DNA of 64,000 bases from an uncultured Clostridia bacterium (GCA_944386365.1 CALXAT010000003.1:12407-76406), one strand, 5' to 3'. Numbered from the stretch's first letter, positions 34,837 to 43,985 are shown. Notes: generated from the letters alone by a model not told the origin. Numbers and translations: made by a program.

Positions 34837-36663
34837 TTATATTTTCCAATTAATTGCATTAAAATCACACATAAATTTATTTAAAACAACACTAGATTTA
34901 TATTCAAATGATTTTTTATAATTATTTTTTGAAATATCTGTTAACTCTTCTGGATGTTTTATAGCATATTTAATAACTTCTTTTAGATTCTCTTTTCCAT
35001 TTTCCTTTTGACTATATATGTATCCATTTTGTTTATCAATTACAATATATTTATTATAACATATATCACTTGCAATAACTGGTAGCCCAGCAGAATACGC
35101 ATCTATGATTGTTGCTGGAAAGCCTTCTCTTTTATGTATACTTGGAAATACATATATATCATAGGCACTTAATATTTTAGTAACTTCTTCATTTTTGGCT
35201 ACTCCCTTATAATTTATATAATCAACGTTTTCTATATTCTTTATATCTTGCTTTGCATTTTCAAATATTGGACCATAAATATCTAATAATAAATTTACGC
35301 CTTCTTCTCTTAATTCTTTCACAACTTGAATAATTGTATCAATCCCTTTTTCTTTGCATACTCTTGCTAAGAAAACTAATTTTAATTCTTTATTCTTTAT
35401 TTTTTCAAAATTTTCTATATTTATATAATTTTCATCTGGTTTAAAATTTTCAAATAATTTTATATTATTTAAATTATATTTTTTTTCAAAATCTTCTTTA
35501 ACTTTTTGAATTTCCACAAAATTTACTTGACTATTTTTCAACACTTCAAGCATTATTTTTTTATTTCTTTTTCCTCTTTGCTCTATTTCATTTAAAATAT
35601 ATCCATTTATTATAACAAAACAATATTGGAACTTCTTATTTAATTTTCTTTTTATATATATTATTGGGCATACAATTTTTCTTCCTCGAGAAGAAACTGC
35701 TATAATTACTTTTCTATTTGTAAAAATCAATGATGTAATAAACTTAATTCTATTAAAAATCGTTGTATCATATGTATTGTATTTCTTCATTTTGTATTCT
35801 TTTTCTAAGTATTTTAGCATATTTTTATTTTTTATTCCAGGACCTTGCAAATCATCTATTGGTCCATAAAAATTAATTATATTTCTGTTTTTTTTTATAT
35901 ATATTCTTTTTTTACATGCATTCCATGCATATCCAATAAAACAAAAACATGATTTTAATAAACTTAGTTTTTCAATTTTTCTGTATAAAAACCATGTTCC
36001 TTTTACAGCTTTAAATTTATTACTAGACAAAGAATTCGAAACAATTCTATAATCTGCTAGAGGTTTATCTATTCCATAACATTTATATCCAGCTTTTAAA
36101 ATTTGACACCATGTAGCAGCATCTTGTCTTCTTCTTATGTTTGGCATAATTAGTAAGTTTTTATTTACTATTTCTGTATCAACCATTACTCCTACTGTTT
36201 GTATGATTGTATTTCTAAGAAAAAATTCATAGTTAATTTCGCTTGGTATAATTACTGTTTTTTTATAATTATTTTCTTCATCAATTTTTTTATAACTGGT
36301 ACATGAGAAACCAACTTTGTGTTCCTCCATAAATTTAATTTGTTCTTCAATCTTCTCTTTTTCCCATAAGTCATCTGCATCTAGATATGCAATATATCTT
36401 CCTGTTGATTGCTGTAAAGCAAAATTTCTTGCTACTGCCGCACCAGAATTTTCTTCTAATTTAAAATATTTAATTCTATTATCTTTTTCCATATACTTTT
36501 TTATAATACTAGCTGAATTATCGGTTGATAAATCATCTACTAATATAAGTTCCCAATTTGGATAAGTTTGATTTTGAACACTTTCTATTGTTTGGCCTAT
36601 GTATTTTTCACAATTATATACAGGAGTTATTATTGAGACTTTCTCATTTAATTCCTCTTTCAT
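34837..36663 (-). CDS. Two-domain glycosyltransferase: N-terminal GT2 fused to C-terminal GT4 (GT-B)
   Basis: 608 aa. The N-terminal domain has VSIITPVYNC, LVDDLSTDNS and YLDADD. The C-terminal domain has LVFLARVCKEKG and FVFPSIHKREGFPATIIDAYSAGLPVIASD. Confidence 0.82.
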   Translation of the reverse strand: MKEELNEKVSIITPVYNCEKYIGQTIESVQNQTYPNWELILVDDLSTDNSASIIKKYMEKDNRIKYFKLEENSGAAVARNFALQQSTGRYIAYLDADDLWEKEKIEEQIKFMEEHKVGFSCTSYKKIDEENNYKKTVIIPSEINYEFFLRNTIIQTVGVMVDTEIVNKNLLIMPNIRRRQDAATWCQILKAGYKCYGIDKPLADYRIVSNSLSSNKFKAVKGTWFLYRKIEKLSLLKSCFCFIGYAWNACKKRIYIKKNRNIINFYGPIDDLQGPGIKNKNMLKYLEKEYKMKKYNTYDTTIFNRIKFITSLIFTNRKVIIAVSSRGRKIVCPIIYIKRKLNKKFQYCFVIINGYILNEIEQRGKRNKKIMLEVLKNSQVNFVEIQKVKEDFEKKYNLNNIKLFENFKPDENYINIENFEKIKNKELKLVFLARVCKEKGIDTIIQVVKELREEGVNLLLDIYGPIFENAKQDIKNIENVDYINYKGVAKNEEVTKILSAYDIYVFPSIHKREGFPATIIDAYSAGLPVIASDICYNKYIVIDKQNGYIYSQKENGKENLKEVIKYAIKHPEELTDISKNNYKKSFEYKSSVVLNKFMCDFNAINWKI

Positions 36664-36666
36664 TTT

Positions 36667-37359
36667 TTACTTTGCTCCTTCTTTTTTTAATACTGATATT
36701 GCTGTTTTAAAAAATATTTTTACATCTAATTTAAAAGACATATTGTCTACATAATATAATTCCATCATCATTCTTTGTTCATACGTAGTATCACTTCTAC
36801 CATTTGCTGCCCAATAACCTGTTAAACCTGGTGTAACACTTAAAAATTTTTCTTTGTTATTTCCATACTTTTCTAGTTCTTCTTCAATGACTGGTCTTGG
36901 ACCAATTATTGATAGTTCTCCTTTTAATATATTAATTAATTGTGGTAATTCATCTAAACTGGTTTTTCTTAAAAATTTTCCTATTTTGGTTATTCTTGGA
37001 TCATTTTCTAGTTTAAAATTTTCTTTAAATTCTTTCATTTGTTCCGGAGTAAATTTCTTAATTAAATCCTCTGCATTTGGAACCATACTTCTAAATTTAT
37101 ATATTCCAATTTCTTTACCATTTTTACCTATTCTTTTATGTTTAAAAAATACTGGACCATCTGATTCTTTTTTTATAAGTATTGCTATTATTAAAAAAAC
37201 AGGTGATAAAACAATTAAACCTATTAATGATAACGAAAAATCCATTATTCTTTTTATGTATTTGTATATATTTATTTCCTTTAATATTTCTCTGGTACCT
37301 TTATTAGGTATAATCACAATATCATTTGTATAATTTAATGATTCATTTCTGACATCCAT
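36667..37359 (-). CDS. Initiating undecaprenyl-phosphate sugar-phosphate transferase (small monotopic PGT, bacterial sugar transferase family)
   Basis: 230 aa. Has KRIMDFSLSLIGLIVLSP, YKFRSM and DELPQLINILKGELSIIGPRP. Confidence 0.9.
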   Translation of the reverse strand: MDVRNESLNYTNDIVIIPNKGTREILKEINIYKYIKRIMDFSLSLIGLIVLSPVFLIIAILIKKESDGPVFFKHKRIGKNGKEIGIYKFRSMVPNAEDLIKKFTPEQMKEFKENFKLENDPRITKIGKFLRKTSLDELPQLINILKGELSIIGPRPVIEEELEKYGNNKEKFLSVTPGLTGYWAANGRSDTTYEQRMMMELYYVDNMSFKLDVKIFFKTAISVLKKEGAK

Positions 37360-37411
37360 CTTCTATTTTTCCCCCTATAAAATATATAAATTCCCAAATT
37401 TCGACACATAT

Positions 37412-37440
37412 ATTATACTACATTACCCCTATTATGTAAA
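37412..37440 (-). promoter_or_regulatory. Sigma-A promoter ahead of the initiating transferase (main cps operon)
   Basis: Minus strand: TTTACA (37440-37435), 17-nt spacer, TATAAT (37417-37412). Confidence 0.55.
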
Positions 37441-37463
37441 TACCTTTGGTATGACTTTTTGTG

Positions 37464-37961
37464 TCATCTTTCTAATTGTTTTATATGTTTTTTACTATAT
37501 TTATAATATATTTTCTTTACTAAAACTATTAGCAACGCTCCTAATATGACACCTAAGGTATCTATATATACATCTGTTATTTTTGGTGTTCTTCCTGGAG
37601 AAAAGCTTTGGTGAAATTCATCTGATGCTGCATACAACATACCTAATCCAACTGTTATAAGTATTCTCCATTTATTCTTCATTTTATATGTACTTACAAA
37701 TCCCATTAATAATAATCCTACTAATGTATAAATTGAAAAATGTGCTAATTTCCTAATAATTTTTTCTGTTCTATGAGATATTTCATTTTTTTGTTCTTCA
37801 TTCAAATTATTATATATATTCGACTTTTCTAATATTGCCTTTGTTATTCTCTGACTTATTCCACCTGACACTTCTCCGTCTTGACTAGAAAATCCAAATA
37901 TAATAAAAAATGTACCTAATAACAATAGTATTAATATAACCCTCAAAATATTTATTTTCAT
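37464..37961 (-). CDS. VanZ-like family membrane protein
   Basis: 165 aa. Has KLAHFSIYTLVG and SDEFHQSFSPGRTPKITDVYIDTLG. Confidence 0.8.
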   Translation of the reverse strand: MKINILRVILILLLLGTFFIIFGFSSQDGEVSGGISQRITKAILEKSNIYNNLNEEQKNEISHRTEKIIRKLAHFSIYTLVGLLLMGFVSTYKMKNKWRILITVGLGMLYAASDEFHQSFSPGRTPKITDVYIDTLGVILGALLIVLVKKIYYKYSKKHIKQLER

Positions 37962-37989
37962 GCTTCTCTTCCTAAATTTAACTTTAACC

Positions 37990-38024
37990 TCAAAATATGA
38001 CTAGAGTCTTTCTCTAATCATATT
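37990..38024 (-). terminator. Terminator-like hairpin after the LCP gene
   Basis: AATATGACTAGAG (37994-38006) / CTCTAATCATATT (38012-38024). The single mismatch becomes G-U on the minus strand; a T-rich tract follows. Confidence 0.45.
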
Positions 38025-38079
38025 TGATTGATTTTATTTTTTTAATTTTAATTTTCTTTGTTATAATTTTTTTATTTAA

Positions 38080-39123
38080 TTAATTTGTGTAACCAGTTTT
38101 TTCTATAATTTCATTACTAATTTCTTTCACTCTATCTGATGGTGTATAATCTGTTTCACCAAAAGCTTCTTCATGTAATTGTTTTACATTACTTTCTAAT
38201 GTAACTGGTACACCATACCATCTGTCCAAAGTAATTCCTTTCGTCTCATATGGCCATCCTATACTATCTGTTACTTTGAAACTTGCTACACTTGGTAATA
38301 ATCCAAAAATATCACTTGCTGTAATATTGGTATATACTTCTGGTAAAATTTGATCAATGATTTGATTCATTTCACTAATACTTTTGGTTTTAAATTTTTC
38401 TGCCATAGCTTCTACCACTGTTCTCATTCTTTCTGCTCTTTTGTAGTCTCCACCTTCTGTATATCGAATTCTTGAATATGCTACTGCTTGTACACCATCT
38501 AATGTTTGTGTTCCAGAAGATGTTATTTTTTCTGTAGATAATCCTGTCACTTTAGATGTTTCATTTATATAACTATTTATATATTGTACCTCTTCTGGCT
38601 GAACATTAATTGTAACGCCACCTAATGCATTAATTGCTTCTGCTACTGCATCAAAGTTTACTGTTACAAACTCTGTAATATTTAAATCAAAGTTTTCATT
38701 TAATGTTTTTAACGCAAGTGGTGCTTCTCCATAAGAATATGCATGTGTTATTTTATCTAAACCATGTCCTTCGATATTTACATATGTATCTCTATATACA
38801 GATATCAATTTTACTTCTTTTGTACTATTATTAATACTTGCAATAATAATACAATCACTTCTATTACCTTTACCTAAACTACTATCTCTACTATCAATTC
38901 CAAATAAAGCAATATTTCTATATCCTGATAAATTTTCTTCAGCTTGCGAAGACACCCCTAGAGTCGTTTCATCTATATCTACTTGTTGCATTTTATTTAA
39001 TTTACTATTAATAAATATGAAAATACTTCCTACAATTAAGACTAAAAGTATCACAAGTATTAATACAACAATTCCAAATATTTTTAATCCTTTTTTCCCT
39101 GTTTTTTCTTTATCTTTACTCAT
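38080..39123 (-). CDS. LytR-CpsA-Psr (LCP) family glycopolymer ligase
   Basis: 347 aa. Has an N-terminal TM helix, then NIALFGIDSRD, RSDCIIIASIN and ISVYRDTYV. Confidence 0.9.
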   Translation of the reverse strand: MSKDKEKTGKKGLKIFGIVVLILVILLVLIVGSIFIFINSKLNKMQQVDIDETTLGVSSQAEENLSGYRNIALFGIDSRDSSLGKGNRSDCIIIASINNSTKEVKLISVYRDTYVNIEGHGLDKITHAYSYGEAPLALKTLNENFDLNITEFVTVNFDAVAEAINALGGVTINVQPEEVQYINSYINETSKVTGLSTEKITSSGTQTLDGVQAVAYSRIRYTEGGDYKRAERMRTVVEAMAEKFKTKSISEMNQIIDQILPEVYTNITASDIFGLLPSVASFKVTDSIGWPYETKGITLDRWYGVPVTLESNVKQLHEEAFGETDYTPSDRVKEISNEIIEKTGYTN

Positions 39124-39274
39124 TTTTTACCTCTTATTATTTTTTATTTTTATTTTCTTCAACATTATACTATTATATATATTTTTTTACAAGTTTTTCA
39201 TTCATTTTTCTAAAATTTTAAACTGTAATAGCAATTTTATAGTTATTACTTAATCCTAAATATATTTTTATATA

Positions 39275-39337
39275 TAAAAAAAGAAAAACATATTCTTCTT
39301 ATCCTTTTACAGGAGAATTCGATATTATATGTTTTTC
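39275..39337 (-). terminator. Rho-independent terminator of the repeat-protein gene
   Basis: Perfect 11-bp arms GAAAAACATAT (39283-39293) / ATATGTTTTTC (39327-39337), followed on the minus strand by a T7 run. Confidence 0.6.
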
Positions 39338-39376
39338 TCTCTTTATCTATGCATTTTTACTTTTGGGTTTTATGAT

Positions 39377-39823
39377 TTAATGAGATGTATATCCATACTT
39401 CATTTCTATTTCTGCTAGCTTATAGTCTAGTTTTTTATGTTCAAATTCATTTTTTACAATATATTCATCAATTTTTTTGCTAAGTTCATTTTTAGTTCTT
39501 GTTTGTTCATTTAAAATTTGTGCTAGATTTACATTTGTAATAACATCTATTTTATTTGCTATATCTGTAATTTTATCATTTACACTTGCAAATCCTTCTT
39601 CCATTTTATTATTTACATTTGCTATTTCTTTGTCTATTTTATCATTTACGCTTGCAAATCCTTTATCCATTTTATCATTTACATTTGCTATTTCTTTGTC
39701 TATTTTATTATTTACACTTGCAATTTCTTTATCTATCTTATTGTTTACATTTGCTATTTCTTCGTTTGTTTTATTAAATTCTAATTGTAATTTATTCCAT
39801 AAATCATCAAATGTTTTAATCAT
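39377..39823 (-). CDS. Coiled-coil protein built from tandem 11-residue repeats; function unknown
   Basis: 148 aa. Has at least 6 tandem copies of the 11-mer [EG]-[IF]-A-[NS]-V-N-[ND]-K-[IM]-[DE]-[KE]. No TM segment or signal peptide. Confidence 0.7.
   Translation of the reverse strand: MIKTFDDLWNKLQLEFNKTNEEIANVNNKIDKEIASVNNKIDKEIANVNDKMDKGFASVNDKIDKEIANVNNKMEEGFASVNDKITDIANKIDVITNVNLAQILNEQTRTKNELSKKIDEYIVKNEFEHKKLDYKLAEIEMKYGYTSH
39556..39770. repeat. 33-bp (66-bp super-period) tandem DNA repeats inside the coding region
   Basis: Units start with TTGC at 39556, 39586, 39619, 39652, 39685, 39718 and 39751. They alternate between TTGCAAATCC... and TTGCTATTTC... types. Confidence 0.85.
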
Positions 39824-40145
39824 ATCTTTTCCTCCTTTTTCGAATTAAATTTTTAAAATGAAATCAACTATATTTTATACTTTATAATAAAATATAATTT
39901 TTTTAGATAAAAATTTTTATGAACAAAATCTCATCTTCAGGATGAAATGAATCTAGATAAAAAATATGTGAATCTAAATTAGAAATAAAATCTTTATATC
40001 CCCTTATCTATAAAAAAACATAGATAAATGATGTTTGTATTGTAACATATCTATCTATGCTTTTCAAATTTATTTTTCCTATTTTTTGTAATTTTTTGAT
40101 GTATTAGCTTTACTTTTCTTTTGTTTTGGAACTATATCTTTCTTT

Positions 40146-41855
40146 TTACATTTTATCTGGCATTTCTATTCCTAACAAATTTGCTCCTATTTTTAACACT
40201 TTTCCTGCTGCATATGTTAAATATACTCTTGCATTTTGAATCTCTTTATCTTCTACTAGTATTTTATTATCATTATAGAAATTGCTAAACGCTTTTGCCA
40301 AATCTATTAAATATCTTGATAATATAGATGGTTCTTCTTTATCTGTTACTTGCTCTAATATATTCTCAAAATTATATAATAATTTGATAATATTTTTAGA
40401 GGTTTCATCTAAAAGCTTATCATATTGAACTTCTTCTATTTTTGGTACATATCCAGCTTTTTCTAAAACACTTTTGGTACGTACATATGTGTATTGAATA
40501 TATGGTCCTGTTTCTCCTTGGAAATTTAATACTTGATTCCAATCAAATATTTCATCTTTTATTCTACTATTCGACAAATCATTAAAGATAACAGCGCCTA
40601 CACCAACTTTTTTTGCCACTTCTTCTTTATTTTGTAGTTCTGGATTTTTTTCTTCTATAATTTCTTTTGCTCTTGCTATGGCTTCATTTAACAATTCTTC
40701 TAACTTAACAATATTACCTTCTCTTGTTGACATTTTTCCTGTTGGTAATGCCACCATACCAAATGGTACATGTTTTAATCCATTTGTATATTTTTCATCT
40801 ATCCCAAGTAATTTGGCTACTTCAAATACTTGCTTAAAATGTAAAGTTTGCTCATAGGATACAACATATAATGCTTTATCAAAATCATAGGTTCTTGCTC
40901 TATACAAAATAGCAGCTAAGTCTCTAGTAGCATATGTCGTTGAACCATTTGATTTTTGTATAATACATGGTGTATTAATTCCTTTATCTTCTAAGTTAAT
41001 TATTTTAGCACCTTGTGATTCTTCTAATTTTCCTGATTTTTCTAATATTTGTATAACTTCTGGCATCTTATCTGAGTAAAAAGCTTCTCCATTCCATGAA
41101 TCAAAATGACTTCCTAATAAATCATATACTTTTTGAAATTCTTTTAAACTTAGACTTCTAAATTTTTCCCATATTTCTGTACAATATGAATCTCCTTCTT
41201 CTAAAAGTTTAAAATTCATTCTACATTGTTCTAAAACTTTTTCATCTTCTTTACATAGTTGATTGATTCTAACATAGATTTTTGTTAATTCATTGATGGG
41301 ATCTTTTTCTATGTCATATTCTTTTCCCCATAATTTATATCCTTCAATTAATTTTCCAAATTGAGTTCCATAATCTCCCAAATGATTAATTCCTATTGTG
41401 TGATACCCTAAATATTTATAAATATTATATAATGCACCACCAATTACCGTTGAACGTAAATGGCCTATATGAAATGGTTTTGCAATATTCGGCGCTGAAT
41501 AATCAATGACAATATTCTTACCTTTTCCAATTTCTGATTTTCCATATTCTTCGTGATTTGCAATTTCTTGTAATACTTCTTTTATCATTTGTTCTTGATG
41601 GATATAAAAGTTTAAATAACCACCAGCAACTTCTACCTTATCGATTATTTTTTCATCGATTTTTATCTGATTTTTAATATCTTCCGCTATCATTTGTGGT
41701 GCTTTTTTTAATTCCTTGGCTAATCGAAAACAAGGAAATGCATAATCTCCATTATTGGTATCTTTTGGTATTTCTATATAACTTTCTAATTCTTTTTCAT
41801 TTATATTTACAATCTCTGCAATTTCTTTTGCGATTATGTTTTTAAAATTGATCAT
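40146..41855 (-). CDS. argS: Arginine--tRNA ligase
   Basis: 569 aa. Has the class I HIGH region (PFHIGHLRS) and a typical ArgS N-terminal and anticodon-binding layout. Confidence 0.95.
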   Translation of the reverse strand: MINFKNIIAKEIAEIVNINEKELESYIEIPKDTNNGDYAFPCFRLAKELKKAPQMIAEDIKNQIKIDEKIIDKVEVAGGYLNFYIHQEQMIKEVLQEIANHEEYGKSEIGKGKNIVIDYSAPNIAKPFHIGHLRSTVIGGALYNIYKYLGYHTIGINHLGDYGTQFGKLIEGYKLWGKEYDIEKDPINELTKIYVRINQLCKEDEKVLEQCRMNFKLLEEGDSYCTEIWEKFRSLSLKEFQKVYDLLGSHFDSWNGEAFYSDKMPEVIQILEKSGKLEESQGAKIINLEDKGINTPCIIQKSNGSTTYATRDLAAILYRARTYDFDKALYVVSYEQTLHFKQVFEVAKLLGIDEKYTNGLKHVPFGMVALPTGKMSTREGNIVKLEELLNEAIARAKEIIEEKNPELQNKEEVAKKVGVGAVIFNDLSNSRIKDEIFDWNQVLNFQGETGPYIQYTYVRTKSVLEKAGYVPKIEEVQYDKLLDETSKNIIKLLYNFENILEQVTDKEEPSILSRYLIDLAKAFSNFYNDNKILVEDKEIQNARVYLTYAAGKVLKIGANLLGIEMPDKM

Positions 41856-42179
41856 ATCGTCTCCATTCCCTTCTTTGAACTTTAAAAAATATGCTTTAAA
41901 TATTTTAATTTCGTCTTTTCTTATTTTTCTTACAAGATTATATTATGTTTATTCATAAAAGTCAATTCAATTATTGTGTTTAACTTTATTGATAATGTTT
42001 AATTTTTGCAATTTTGATTATTTCTTGATATACTATATATTATATTCGCCAATTGCGGATATGTCTTGTAACTTTAGCCATATCTTAATTGACTTGTTTT
42101 TATAACATTATATTTAGGTATGGTATAACGTGTTTCGCAAGAAATACTGCTCTTTTCTATTGAAAGGAGGATGGGAAGC

Positions 42180-42416
42180 ATGCCAAAGCATAACATTGCT
42201 TTCCTGGGAAGTGGAGTTGCTCTTTTGACAACTCTGATTCTCGCAATTATGGCTGTTTATATCTCCTACATCGCTCCCCAAAAGGAAGGTTTTATCTTCT
42301 ATCTGGGATTATCGAGTTTAGGCTTTGTCTTTATCTCGGTTTTATTATTTAGATGGGGACATAAACTGCTCATGGCAGAGCAATTGCAAAAAATGTTGGA
42401 TGACGCCAACGATTAG
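42180..42416 (+). CDS. Small two-TM membrane protein (78 aa) of foreign base composition
   Basis: The ATG at 42180 lies 9 nt after AAAGGAGG; the ORF-track ATG at 42171 abuts the SD. There are two hydrophobic helices. G+C is about 43% in hand-counted line 42181-42240. Confidence 0.6.
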   Translation: MPKHNIAFLGSGVALLTTLILAIMAVYISYIAPQKEGFIFYLGLSSLGFVFISVLLFRWGHKLLMAEQLQKMLDDAND

Positions 42417-42436
42417 CATTGTTATTCTGCAAAATG

Positions 42437-42472
42437 CCGGTGATAACTTTTACGTTGTCACTGGTATTTTTA
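42437..42472 (+). terminator. Rho-independent terminator of the small membrane protein gene
   Basis: CCGGTGATAAC (42437-42447) / GTTGTCACTGG (42454-42464), 11 bp including two G-U pairs, 6-nt loop, then TATTTTTA. Confidence 0.6.
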
Positions 42473-42551
42473 TTGCTTTTTCTCTATTTTATTGTTATAC
42501 TATTTTTAGATTTATTTTATACTATTTAATATATTGATAGGAGGTAATACT

Positions 42552-43280
42552 ATGTCTACTGCTCATAATGAAGCAAATTTAGGGGATATTGCAAAAACAG
42601 TTATTATGCCAGGCGATCCACTTCGTGCTAAACATATAGCAGAAAAATTTTTAGAAAATTATAAATTAGTCAATCAGGTAAGAAATATCTATGCCTATAC
42701 AGGAGATTATAAAGGGAAGGAAATAACCGTTATGGCTTCTGGAATGGGAATGCCTAGTATGGGAATTTATTCTTATGAATTATTTAAATTTTATGATGTT
42801 GATAATATTATTAGAATTGGTTCTTGTGGTGCCTATGTTCCTGAACTAAATCTATTTGATATTATTTTAGCTAAGTCTATTTTTAGTGAAAGCAATTTTG
42901 CTTTATCTTTTCATAATGATGATTGTCATATGATAAATACAAATGAAGCATTAAATCAAAAAATAAAAGAAACCGCTACTGAAAATCATATTTCAATTGT
43001 TGAAGGGAATACAATCTGTAGTGACTGTTTTGATCCATATATGACACAAGAAGATTTTGATAGTTTTATGGCAAGAGTTCCTAAAGATTTTAATGCTTTA
43101 GGCGCTGAAATGGAAGCCTTTGCTTTATGCTATAACGCAAAACTTTTAAATAAAAAGGCAACTTGTTTAATGACTGTTGTCGACTCAAGATTTAAAACAC
43201 AGGTTGCTACATCTGATGAAAGAGAAAATGGATTAGATAATATGATAAAAATTGCTTTAGATACAAGTTTAAAATGTTAA
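42552..43280 (+). CDS. deoD: Purine nucleoside phosphorylase, DeoD type
   Basis: MSTAHNEANLGDIAKTVIMPGDPLRAKHIAEKFLE matches the DeoD N-terminus. The ATG at 42552 lies after AGGAGG; the ORF track starts at a TTG at 42534. Confidence 0.9.
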   Translation: MSTAHNEANLGDIAKTVIMPGDPLRAKHIAEKFLENYKLVNQVRNIYAYTGDYKGKEITVMASGMGMPSMGIYSYELFKFYDVDNIIRIGSCGAYVPELNLFDIILAKSIFSESNFALSFHNDDCHMINTNEALNQKIKETATENHISIVEGNTICSDCFDPYMTQEDFDSFMARVPKDFNALGAEMEAFALCYNAKLLNKKATCLMTVVDSRFKTQVATSDERENGLDNMIKIALDTSLKC

Positions 43281-43329
43281 ATATTTATGGTTTTTAAATA
43301 CTTATAAATAAATTGTTTTAAATAAAAAA

Positions 43330-43366
43330 TGGAACGTTTTGACATGTCCCTAACGTTCCATTTTTT
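43330..43366. terminator. Bidirectional terminator between deoD and greA
   Basis: TGGAACGT (43330-43337) / ACGTTCCA (43353-43360), flanked by an A-run and a T-run. The 15-nt loop carries TTTGACATGTCCCT, a 13/14 match to the core of the 43-nt element. Confidence 0.75.
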
Positions 43367-43367
43367 C

Positions 43368-43844
43368 TTATTTTTTTATAGATAATATTTTATATTTCAT
43401 AACACCTGCTGGTGCATTTACTTCTACTACTTGATTCTTTTTAGCTCCTAATAGAGCTTCTCCTAATGGTGATTCATTTGATATTTTATTTTCAGCTAGA
43501 TTTACTTCTGTTGAACCTACGATTGTATATTCAATTTTTTCATTAAATTCAACATCTAACACTCTTACTTTATTTCCAATTTGAACAGTTTCTGTATCGA
43601 TATCTTTTTCATCTATTATTTTTGCATGTCTTAATTTATTTTCTAATTCAGCAATTTTTACCTCGTTTTCTGCTTGTGCATTTTTGGCTTCATCATATTC
43701 TGAATTCTCAGATAAATCTCCAAATCCTAATGCCACCTTTATTCTATCTGCTATGTCTGCTCTTTTTTCTGTTTTTAAAAAGTTTAATTCCTTTTCTAAA
43801 TTATTATACCCTTCTTGTGTTAATATAACTTCTTTTTCTTCCAT
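43368..43844 (-). CDS. greA: Transcription elongation factor GreA
   Basis: 158 aa. Has the N-terminal coiled-coil with DLSENSEYDEAK and the C-terminal FKBP-like domain. Confidence 0.95.
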   Translation of the reverse strand: MEEKEVILTQEGYNNLEKELNFLKTEKRADIADRIKVALGFGDLSENSEYDEAKNAQAENEVKIAELENKLRHAKIIDEKDIDTETVQIGNKVRVLDVEFNEKIEYTIVGSTEVNLAENKISNESPLGEALLGAKKNQVVEVNAPAGVMKYKILSIKK

Positions 43845-43985
43845 AGTAATTCCTCCTTGAATTGTTTACTATTTTTTTGTACTTTACATATATTACGGCA
43901 GAAAATGAAATTTGTCAATACAAATCTCATTTTTTCACTATACTTTTTTATTTCACTAAATTAATTTTTTAAAATTCTAATCATT

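Noticed and set aside
39556-39770. A regular 33-bp periodicity that might suggest a CRISPR array or non-coding satellite.
   Set aside because: The repeats are contiguous with no unique spacers. They are in frame and translate to an 11-residue protein repeat inside a clean ORF with an SD and a terminator.
39477-39848. ORFs 39477-39848 and 39586-39777 on the + strand.
   Set aside because: They are antisense readings of the tandem-repeat gene. Their repetitive Leu/Phe/Ser sequence is an artefact of the repeats.
41856-42170. A possible T-box leader upstream of argS.
   Set aside because: I found no match to the conserved T-box sequence (reverse complement CGCGGTACCACCC-like on the + strand). There is also no terminator/antiterminator pair in the 315-nt spacer.
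42325-42537. A 70-aa + strand ORF overlapping the end of the small membrane protein gene and its terminator.
   Set aside because: It starts inside the better-supported ORF in another frame, reads through the terminator hairpin, and has no SD.
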